From Octopus sinensis (taxonomy: Eukaryota): 64,000 nt of DNA. The stretch covers positions 66,340,001 through 66,404,000 of the forward strand of contig NC_042999.1 in the NCBI RefSeq assembly GCF_006345805.1, in the 5' to 3' direction. The first letter of the stretch is position 1; every line of letters starts with the position of its first letter. The notes below the pieces were generated by a model, which worked only from the letters and a program-made list of their open reading frames with translations, was not told the origin of the DNA and did not search any database. Below are positions 41,573-51,430 of the stretch, in pieces. The position numbers and the translations under genes were made by a program.

Positions 41573-43996
41573 GTTTCGCAGCACTCCGCCTCTCTTGCCG
41601 AGAGTCGTGGCAGGCTGTGCAGGTAGTCACTGAAGTCCAACCTGCATTCTCGCTTGCCACTCGTCCCGAACAGTCGGGCAAAATGCCGCTGAAACGCCTC
41701 ACACATCTTGCTCGGCTCGAGCAATTCGCGTCCCTGTTCATCTACCAGAGACCGAACGGTGGCTTTGTTGCTCCGTTGCGCCTCCGCCACCCGGGTCTCT
41801 CTCGCGGCTCCAACACCTTCCATCCTTAGAGCACGCATTTGTTTGGCGTTGAAGTGTTGGTCGAGGGCCAACCTCGCCGCCAAAACGTCGGATGTGATGC
41901 CGCTTCTTATTGCCTCTTCTGACTTCTTAACTAGCCCACCCTCTACTCTGTTTCTATCTATGGCTAGTGCTTTGCTATATCTAATTGCTTCTGCTTTTAC
42001 TGCTCTCTTAAGGGCAAACCACCATTTGTTGTTGACGATGGTTCCCGTCAAAGCCCTCTTTACTAGTGTGCTAATTCGGTCTCTGAAAACCTGTCTCGAC
42101 AAGAAAGACGCGTTCAGTTTCCAGTAACCGGGACCCTGCCTATGTGCCTTATCTAAGTCTAGCATACACGTCACAAGTTTGTGATCTGTGTACCTGTCTA
42201 TGTGGAATTGTGGACATCCTAAGCTATCCCTATCTGCATAGTATCCTATCTAGATACGATCTCGACAACCCAATGCCGTCGCTCCATGTCCACGTTGGTA
42301 CATTTGGGTGGTCGAGTCGGTACCTGTCAGACAGTTGAAAGCGTCTGAGCAGGTCTCTGCGGCGTTTACATCTCCGTCTATTTTCGTCTCTCCACACCTA
42401 GTCTAGATGCGTGTCCAAGGTAGCATTTCAATCCCCCACTAAAAGTAAAGGAAGAGACGTTCCCAGGAATACTTTTAGACGTCGAAAGAAATCCGGCCGA
42501 CATGTTTAAGGCGGTGCATAGACTGCTAAGAGTCGAAAAGCTCACCCATCGCTGCCGTCGATATCCAGGACAACCAGTCTACCCTCCGGGTCTACGAATA
42601 TCGTCTTTACTTCGAGATCCAGACTCTTGCGAAAAAGTACTACCGTGCCACTTCCGCCCATCCTTGGCAGACAGGGAGAAAAATATATGTTAAACTGTCC
42701 GCCATATATGGACTTTAGGCCCCGTGGTTCATAGAGTCTCGTCTCACTTATGGCTATGATTCCCAAATCATGTGACTTGATGTCATTTAAAAAGTACCCT
42801 TGTTTCGAAGGAGAACCCAAGCCACGCGCATTCACACAATCAATCTTGAACACAAACGAAAGGAACAGAGAGTTACTTACCTTTCAAAAGATTTGTCTCC
42901 TCCTTTGATTTTTCATCAAGGAGACTATTGTACATTTTTTTGCATAAATATTTATGACATCCTCCTACCGCCTTGGGATAGAGGGACTTTAGTGTGTGGT
43001 GCAATGATGGTGATATATGGTAATTTTTTTGTGTTCTGGTGGTGTTGTGTGTGGGTGGTTGTTCGTTTTAATGTCGTTTTCTGTAATGTTTGTGTTTGTG
43101 TTGATGTATTTCATACACTCTGTGTTTTTGGTGCCTATGGCTCTGAGCATATTCTTTGTATATATTTTTGTGGCGTTGATATTGTTTGTGGTAGGGTTTG
43201 AGATGTCTTCGGGAGATGTATATCTCCCTGCTTTGTTTGTGGTAGGGTTTGAGATGTCTTCGGGGGATGTATATCTCCCTGCTTTGTTTGTGGTAGGGTA
43301 TGAGATGTCTTCGGGAGATGTATATCTCCCTGCTTTATTTGCGTTTGCATTGGATTTCGCTCTTTTTTTGCTCCTTTTCCTCCTTCCTTTTTCTGGCTAT
43401 TTGCCATTCCTCAGTGCTTTCGTCTTCCGTGCAAAATTCGATTTGTTTTTGGTGGTAGTGTTGGTGGCATTTGTAGTAGTTGAGGTTGTAGTAGTGATGT
43501 TGTTGTTGGCAGTTATGGTAGATGGCAAAACGACGGTATCGTTGTTGTTGGTGGAGGTGTTTGTGGCAGAGTTGTCCGTAGTAGTAGCTGTCGTCTGCCT
43601 GCTTTCAATTTTCGTGTGTCGGCTGCGATGCGAGCATTTATGCTCACACCTGCACCTGTGTTGCTCCTCCCCTTCTTCCCTCCTTCATGAAACTGTGGTG
43701 AAGGCGGTGTAGGGAAACCAACGTCGTAATCGTTGTCAAGGAGACCAGCGTTCTTTTTAACAACGACTTCATGGCTTGAAGTCGCCATGCTCAAAACAGA
43801 AATGGCTAGGAAAGCCGAAAACAAATTTACAAAATCGGGAAACATGCCGCACATGGCAGGTTCCCCGAGCAAAGAATTTGCACAACCGAATGTATTAATT
43901 GTTGCACAGCTTTTACTTAAAAATATTATCCAAACACAAACTTTTGAAGGGAATAAAAGGCAAACATACTACGAGCCGATGTGACTATCGTCCGTC
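41573..43996 (-). mobile_element. Tx1/L1-like LINE, 5' part (5'UTR, broken ORF1, APE endonuclease, start of ORF2 linker), 3'-truncated
   Basis: ORF2 start FKIDCVNARGL..IIAISETRL (APE), GDFNA/SDHK-type region, GPGYWKLN. The broken ORF1 includes EEWQIARKGRRKRSKK. The 5' end begins right after (CTAT)n. Confidence 0.85.
43182..43336 (-). repeat. Three 51-bp coding tandem repeats in the LINE ORF1
   Basis: Unit encodes NKAGRYTSPEDISNPTT on the minus strand. Confidence 0.9.
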
Positions 43997-43997
43997 C

Positions 43998-44013
43998 ATA
44001 GATAGATAGAAAA

Positions 44014-44057
<44 letters not shown>

Positions 44058-44066
44058 TTAGTTAGT

Positions 44067-44136
<70 letters not shown>
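43998..44136. repeat. (GATA)n microsatellite
   Basis: Directly visible, between two Tx1-like pieces; another (GATA)n at 45111-45150. Confidence 0.95.
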
Positions 44137-45109
44137 TGTTTCTTTATTAGCCACACAGGGCTGCACACAAATAGAACAAATTACAAGGTAGAGCTTTTCT
44201 TTTGAAGGTTTTAAAAGAAAAAAAAAAAGGAAGGGGGAGTTTCGATCAAAAGGGATCGTAAAAGGAGAGAAAGAGGGCAAAAAAAGGGGGGTTAAAAAAA
44301 AGGGGGAGAGGAAAAAAAAATGATCAATAGGCATCGTTATCACAGAAATGTCAATATGAAGTGTAAAGGGGAGGACAGGTGAGGTTTACCCGTGGAAAGA
44401 AAAGCCTACGGAAAAGACCACGGTAACCTCGGTCAATGGAGTCACATGTTATATTTCTTTTTTTTTTTTTTTTTTTTTTGCGAATAAGCAACTCTCTGTT
44501 TTCAATTTCTGGGTTCATAGGATCATGCTCAAGGTGGCTTCGTCATTCATACGTGCCATTCTTGCTACATTCACCCATCTTTTTTTAAAACATTCGCTAG
44601 ACAAAACTTGCCTCTCTACTCTCACTTTCCTTTTCAAGTGGTACTTGAAGAAGTTGATGAGAGATTGACCAGAGAGGAAAGTGTTTGTCTCCAATCCTTT
44701 CAGACGCGTCCACCAGATACATTCTTTCGCCATAGGCACAAGGATGATGAAAATAGCTCTTCCTTACCGTTTGAAGGAAGGAGGCGTGACAATATTGACG
44801 ATAGACTCAGCTGATAAACCGACTCGTCCCACACGTGACAGCAGTTGTTCGACATAAGCCCACAGGTCGGAAATTGTTGGACACTGCACGAGTGCGTGCA
44901 GAAGGGTTTCGTCGCTCTGACCGCATCTCGGTCGGCCCCGTGTTTCTCGAGCCGTGTCTGTAGAGCTTATCCCGAACGGGTAGCGCTTCTCGGTAGCACT
45001 GCCAGGCCAGGGATCTCTGGAAGTTGTCCATGGGCCCTGGCCCGAAAGTCGTCCTGAACAGGCGGGTCAGGTACTCCTCGTCGAAGTCCAGGTTCGCCCC
45101 GAGCTCGTC

Positions 45110-45110
<1 letters not shown>
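44136..45110 (-). mobile_element. 5'-truncated Tx1/L1-like LINE flanked by (GATA)n on both sides
   Basis: FQRSLAWQCYREALPVRDKL..RCGQSDETLLHALVQCPTISDLW..KECIWWTRLKG (ORF2 C-terminal zinc finger), 3'UTR, tail gcagccctgtgtggctaataaagaaac. Confidence 0.88.
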
Positions 45111-45148
<38 letters not shown>

Positions 45149-45747
45149 GATATAGATGTCATACATATACAAACATGACGATAAATAAGTAGATTGATAG
45201 ATATAGATATATCGACATAGATTTTAAACTATGTTCTTTTAAATTACTTCAGTGGATGAAGTTTATGAATCTTTTTACTCTTTCCTCTACTCTTTCTCCT
45301 TTCCTTTTCAATCCTCATTATAAAAGGCGTATAAAACATTCCCTATCCTTCAATAGAATATATATCAATTATATTCTCAATGTAGATCATAAATTAAAAA
45401 TCCACTCCCAGATTGAATTATTTATTGATAATTACCTGAAATTGCATCAATATTTCGTAGTTTAGAAGGTGAGCTAGAAAGCAAAAATATGCTGAAAATC
45501 GAATAGATTTTTTTTTAGTCATATTTAATATCCATTAAAATAAGGTGATGATGTCATTAATTGCCTACTCGTGTGCGAGTATACCGGTACAGGATCAATG
45601 CCATTCCGTCCTCTATTGAATATATCACGACGACGCACGGGAGTGGGAGAAGGAGGCTACATAGACACACATACACGTGCACGTACACAGAGACACGCAC
45701 GCAGACACACGCACGCACACATACATACATGTATACACACAAGCTTT

Positions 45748-45787
<40 letters not shown>

Positions 45788-45852
45788 CAATAATAAATCT
45801 CTGAGCGAGGTATAAACAGTAGCTGCGCGACATCGTGAAGTATATTTGCCAT

Positions 45853-45907
45853 TTAAATGTGGTTAACCCTTAAGTAGCGTCCACGCTTAAGGGTTAACCT
45901 CATTTAA
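45853..45907. repeat. 22-bp inverted repeat with 11-nt loop (TTAA-CCCTT...AAGGG-TTAA core)
   Basis: ttaaatgtggttaacccttaag / cttaagggttaacctcatttaa, one mismatch. Confidence 0.85.
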
Positions 45908-46296
45908 TTGGGAAACATACTGTTATATATATATATATCATATCTTCTCCACTATTTCAGTATTACGTGTTAAAAGTGAAACAAAAACGTTTCTCTATTT
46001 TATGTCAGATACATTCACTTTAACAATAAAAATAATAATAACAATTGAATTATATATACTAAGTAATAATTAAAATCATACTAAAGTATAATATAATCGT
46101 AACATAACAAAAATAAAAATAGCAATTGGTATAAAATTGCATCAAGGATTTGAACTTGAATAAGTGCTTTCACATGAATGGGAATAAATTAAGAATAAAA
46201 TTAGCCTGCAGAAATGGAATAGTCCAGATGGATAATAAAAAAATTAAATTAAAGAAAAGACTATTGTCTATAAAGTATACAATGTAGAGAAAAAAG

Positions 46297-48030
46297 GTGG
46301 CGTTTTTTTTGCGCTCTGTAAAATTCGGTTAAAAAAGAAAAAAGAACAAAAAGTGAATTGTGGTTGCGGAATTGGAACGTCGGTTGGTGCGGTTTCGCGT
46401 CGCACTGGTTCTGTGCGTCGCACGTTTTCTGTTTTGGCGGCCGTTTTCGGTCTGTCAGACAGAAGGAAATGGACTATGAGTCTCTAACAGACTTGTCCAC
46501 GACAGATGAGGAACTGGAACAGGCAATTGCAATGAAGCTGATGGAAGAAAAGCCTGGAGTTTTCGAGTCTTTATCAGACTTGCCTACGTCTGAGAAGGAG
46601 CTAGAAATGGCAGCAAGGAAATTGGAAGAGAAGCTGAGTTATACCTATGCCGGTGTAACCAAGAAGGCGGAAGAGAAAGGGGTCGACATGGCCAAGTTGC
46701 CAAGTTACCAGAAATACATGAAAAAGGAAAGCGGTGAGGTGGAACTATCACCGACACCCAGGAGAAAAGAATGGTATGATAAGAGGACCATTATTTACAG
46801 GGTGTTCGCAAACGAAAAGAAGAGGGTAGAAGTTGTAACCATGCAGTGGATAGAGGAAGCCCTGCGACGAACTGAGGAGGAAATTAATTTTCTGACTCGA
46901 GGATCCAAGTATGGGACCGTAGTTGTGCATTTTAAAAGTGAATCTGCAGCGAGGAAGATGGCGGCGAAGGCGGTAAAGTCAGAAAAGGTAACACTGTTAC
47001 CTACGTATTTAAACAGGAGGATTACACGAATAAGGGTGGAGGGAGTGCCACCAAACGTGGAGGCAGAATGGATTGTGGCGGCTGTGATCAGCGGCCACGA
47101 GGAGGAAGTAGATATTCTCCATGCCTCGGTTAAGTCCGAGGGCTGGAGAGGTGTAACAGTGGAGCTGAACGTACAGGCAGAGACCGAGGTACTGGTGGAC
47201 CTGGCGGAAAGCATCAGATTGGGAGACGTGATCATGAGAGTGTGGGTGGAGGGCAGGGCTCCACGTTGTTACATGTGTGGCCTGAGGGGTCACATAAGAG
47301 CCTTCTGCCCTCCCCCAGGGAAAGAAATGGATTCCGAACCACAGAGAGAGAAGCAGAAACCAGAGGAGAAGGAAACAGAGGAAGAGAATACACAGAAATG
47401 GAAGGAAGCTGGAAATAAGAGGAAGAGAAGAATACGTGGAAAAGAAAATAATATGGAACTCCAATCCACCCCAAAACCACCCACGCCCTCTGAGTCCCAC
47501 CCTATCCATGCAGACATTGAACCCACCCGCTCCCCCCCAACAAGAAAACAAAAGAAAAAAAAGAATACACACACACAAGAGATTGAAATCGATATCAGGC
47601 CGTACATTTGTACTATGACTGTACAGAAAGAAGTTAAAAGTCTAATGGAAGAGTATAAATGGTATGAAGTTGGTGAGACTAGGTATGCTGTGATTGAAAA
47701 GAAGAACTTTGATGAGTTTATGGTGAGGTGTGACAGGGAGAATTGGGAGGTGAAAGATATAAGAATGAGCGATGAATTCGTGGAAAATATGGATGAGTAT
47801 TTCGGAGTAAGAATGGATATGGAATTTATTCGTATTGGCAAAGAACATTCAAGTGACTATGAAAAACAAAGGACAGGTAAGTGATGCTGACGGACGGGGC
47901 CGTTGCTATCGCTTTCATTTTATCATTTTTTCGTTTAACAATTCATTTTCATAAATTTTAATTATAATGTTCTATGTCCCCATGTCTCTTGGTGTCCCCC
48001 TCTGTGTCGCCCCTAGTGGGTAATAAAGAA
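46297..48030 (+). mobile_element. ORF1-only (half-LINE, HAL1-like) element, copy 1
   Basis: CpG-rich 5' leader, one long ORF, ~145-bp 3'UTR ending gcccctagtgggtaataaagaa, no ORF2. Confidence 0.65.
46469..47884 (+). CDS. Intact 471-aa LINE-ORF1/gag-like nucleic-acid-binding protein (RRM-like region, one CCHC knuckle, basic/Pro linker, acidic C-terminal domain)
   Basis: Open frame from ATG 46469. Motifs KYGTVVVHFKSESAARK, RIRVEGVPPNV and RAPRCYMCGLRGHIRAFC (CX2CX4HX4C). Its homologue follows immediately downstream. Confidence 0.8.
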   Translation: MDYESLTDLSTTDEELEQAIAMKLMEEKPGVFESLSDLPTSEKELEMAARKLEEKLSYTYAGVTKKAEEKGVDMAKLPSYQKYMKKESGEVELSPTPRRKEWYDKRTIIYRVFANEKKRVEVVTMQWIEEALRRTEEEINFLTRGSKYGTVVVHFKSESAARKMAAKAVKSEKVTLLPTYLNRRITRIRVEGVPPNVEAEWIVAAVISGHEEEVDILHASVKSEGWRGVTVELNVQAETEVLVDLAESIRLGDVIMRVWVEGRAPRCYMCGLRGHIRAFCPPPGKEMDSEPQREKQKPEEKETEEENTQKWKEAGNKRKRRIRGKENNMELQSTPKPPTPSESHPIHADIEPTRSPPTRKQKKKKNTHTQEIEIDIRPYICTMTVQKEVKSLMEEYKWYEVGETRYAVIEKKNFDEFMVRCDRENWEVKDIRMSDEFVENMDEYFGVRMDMEFIRIGKEHSSDYEKQRTGK

Positions 48031-48046
48031 TCACCAAACGGATGAG

Positions 48047-49358
48047 ATGGAAGGGAGAAATTTCTCTGAAAATTCGTCGACATCTGAGGAGGAGTTGGCG
48101 GTGAAAAAAATGGAAAGCACCTACGCAGGTATAACGAAGAAGTCAACAGAAAAAGAGATAGACCTGGCTAAGTTGACGGACTTCCAGGAGTTCATGAAGG
48201 AGGAGGAGAACGGAGAGGTTGAGCTGTTGCCTCTAGCAGGGCGCGGAGACTGGTTCCATCGTAGAACCATTAAATAAAGTATTTATGAATGGAGGTAGAA
48301 AAATGGAAGTGATTAACATGGAAGCAATTGAAGAGGCTTTCAAACAGACAGGAGAAGAAATTGTGTACATGACAAAAGGATTAGAATATGGAACCATAAC
48401 GGTACAATTTAAAAGTGAGAAAGCAGCCAGGATTATAGCAGCCAAGGTGGTGAGTACAGAAAAGTTTTACTTGTTCCCCTCGTATTTGAATAGAAGGACC
48501 ACCAGAATTAGGGTGGAAGGAATACCTCCACACCTAGAGGGCGAATTAATAACGGCTGCGGTTATCAAAGGAAATGAAGATAAAGTGGACATCCTCCACG
48601 CCATTATGAAATATGAAGGCGTGAGAGGTGCCCACTAGTAATGAACATACAGACGGAGGCGGAAGTTATAGAAAAGCTTACGGACAGTATAAAAACTGGA
48701 ATATTATTATGAGAGTGTGGGTGGAGGGTAGGGCGCCCAGGTGCTACAAGTGTGGCCTGAGGGGTCACATAAGAGCCTACTGCCCTCCCCCACCAAAGAA
48801 AAAGAAAGGAAATCGTCGCGGAAGCCCCAAAAGAGGAAGAAACCAAAGGGAAAAAACGACAGAAGAAGAGGAGATGCAACAAGAGTGGGAAGAAGGAAGA
48901 GAAAAAGAAAGAAAAAGAAAAACTGTGCGAAGCTCCAACCCACCCCAACACAACCCGCACCCTCTGAATCCCACCCTTCCCCTGCAGACAGTGAACCCAC
49001 CCGCTCCCCTCCAACAAGAAAACAAAAGAAAAATAATAATACATACAGACAAGAGTTTGAAAACGAACCCAGGTCGAACATTTATATTGTGACTGAACAG
49101 AAAGAGGTTGAAAGGGTAATGGAGGAGTATGAATGGTATGAAATGGATGGGATCAGATATGCAGTGCTGGAAAAGAAGAATATAGATGAGTTTGTGTTGA
49201 GGTGTGAAAGGGAGAATTGGGAGGTGAAAGATACAAGAATGAGCGATGAATTCGTGGAATATATGGAGGACAGTTTCGGAGTAAGAATGGATATGGATGG
49301 TCTTCGTATTGGGAATGAACATTCAGGTGACAGTGAAAACAAAAGGACAGGTAAGTGA
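48047..49358 (+). pseudogene. Frameshifted paralogue of the 471-aa ORF1-like protein (copy 2; its 3'UTR ends ~49505)
   Basis: Pieces 48047-48277, 48285-48638, 48628-49092 and 48741-49358 align in order with copy 1 (EYGTITVQFKSEKAAR, RAPRCYKCGLRGHIRAYC, same C-terminus ..KRTGK*). The 3'UTR is homologous. Confidence 0.85.
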
Positions 49359-49507
49359 TGCTGGCGGAGGGGGCCGTTAGCATCGCTTTCATATTATCAT
49401 TTTTTCATTTTCATTTGCTCATAAATTTAATCATATTGTTCTATGTCCCCCATGTTTTGTTATGTCCGCCATTCTTCGTAGCCCCTGGTGGGTAATAAAG
49501 AAATAAC

Positions 49508-49830
49508 ATGGAGGAAAAGACCTTCGAAAAGTGTCTTGGTGCGACTATGAGAAGTATCTAATCAGAGGCGGTAAATTCGCCACAATAGAAGCAAGGTTCG
49601 AGTCAACGGAGCGTGCAAGGGAGTACTCGACGCGAACTTGCAAAGTGGAAATATTTAATTTCTACCTGTATATCCGGGACGTAAGACGTCCCGGAAAAAT
49701 AATTTTAAATGCCCCCCCTCCCCGAAGTAGAGGTAAGCTGGATTGTAGCCACAGTTCTATACAAGAGGGAGGACAAGATACAATTGATCGAAATTACAAG
49801 AGACGGGCTAACAATTCCAGTCTGTTATAT
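49508..49830 (+). pseudogene. Third, more divergent ORF1-like fragment
   Basis: KYLIRGGKFATIEARFESTERAREYS and (frameshifted) PPEVEVSWIVATVL align with FLTRGSKYGTVVVHFKSESAARKM and PPNVEAEWIVAAVI of copy 1. Confidence 0.6.
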
Positions 49831-49998
49831 ATTTTGAGTATTGTTATCACTAGCGATATCAAGATATAACTTTGTATTTTGTATTTTACGTGTAGATGAA
49901 TATATATATATAGATGTACATGTAATATGTACACATATATATACACATATATACATGCACTAGCACTATGACCCTGCAACGACGGGTCTTTAATGCTA

Positions 49999-50032
<34 letters not shown>

Positions 50033-51249
50033 TTATACTTACATATGCTTACATGTACAAATATGTATGCAACAATGTGTGGGGATTAGTGTGGATCTGC
50101 GTGTGTAGATGAGAGTGCTTCCGTATGTGTATAATGTATTGTATGTATGTATTATCCTGGATTCACATACATTTCGAAGTGGCAGGATCTGAGAGATATT
50201 TGCTATTATTTCCTGAAGTGTAGTCGTTAAACAGACGAACTCTCTGTGGTTTTTCATATAATATAGATTACATACACCTGAAAAGTTGAGAAAAGAAAGT
50301 CAACGCCCAAGATGTCTATTTCTAAATTGACTATTGCCAAACGTTCTTATTCTAATTTTCGTCACTTACAAAAAACTATTTCTAAAGAATACACTGTACA
50401 AGAGGTTATTTCTAATGTGCGTTTTTTTCTCCTATAGCAATCATTACGTCTATGTTGGATTGCTTTTGATATACAAGAATACCAGTAGTTTTCTATAACT
50501 GCGAACATTTGTCATACAATTTCATACCTTTTCAGGCATTTAATCTGCATGCGCTGTACTAATACGCTATCAAGCTTCCAGGGGAAATTGGCAAAGTGCC
50601 AACGTTTTCTTCTTCATATTCACTTCACTACCTAGATGTTCAGTAACAGGCAGTTAATTTTATTGCTTTAGAACACAACTATTCTTTATGTTCAATATTC
50701 AACATACCCATAAACATAAGCCGTAAATTTAGATGGTATGTTGTGTAAAAGAAATGCCTTTCTTTATCTCTATACAAAAGATTTATAATTTTAGTGGACA
50801 AAAAAATAAAGATTTTAGACAGTTCTTGATTTTGCCTATTTGATGCGCACAGAGTTTCTTGTTTAGATCCCGGTCATGCTGCACACATCACATCTATGTT
50901 TAAAATCACTCCAGAAGAAATTATCCCATCATTGTGTATCTTGTACTACAATATGCAATGAAGCCGTTTCTTTTAAGAACAGAAGAGGTTCATAAAGACA
51001 CCGATCTTGCTGTCTGCAATTAGGTCTTTGTGCCTGTCCTTATCTATGATCTTGACTTTTGAAAACTGAAAGAAAGAATACAATCGCGAATGAATACGTG
51101 CCAAAATGAGGTTTCTGCAATGGATCTCTAGATTCAGGTTATATGACACAATACATAACTTGCAAATAAGTGATTTTCTCCAGAAAAAAACCGTTAGTTC
51201 TCCGCATGGTGAGGTCAGTTCCAATACTACAGACATTCAATAAGAGTTT

Positions 51250-51430
51250 TTCGTGAACGTATTGCCAGGCGGATTCTTCGAGCCAAGCCAACATCCAAGA
51301 GACCAAGAAGTAGACCTAGAACAAGGCAGTTGGTTGTATGTATAGACTTAAATGATTACATTTCGGAATCCTACAGGAAAGTGTAATGACGGTTGTTTCA
51401 AGTAGGAAGAAGATCCTGAGGACTCTATTT
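51250..51430 (+). mobile_element. Decayed RTE 3' remnant
   Basis: RILRAKPTSKRPRSRPRTR resembles the RTE KRPRGRPRTRW motif. Confidence 0.45.

Noticed and set aside
43017-43712. 231-aa hydrophobic plus-strand ORF with repeats
   Set aside because: It is the antisense shadow of the A/C-rich LINE ORF1 and its 51-bp repeat.
46358-46468. N-terminal extension of the 508-aa ORF call
   Set aside because: It starts at a non-ATG codon in the CpG-rich leader. The first ATG at 46469 matches the start position of the paralogue.
50973-51236. 87-aa minus ORF with faint kinase- or transposase-like words
   Set aside because: No diagnostic motif is in the right order or spacing.
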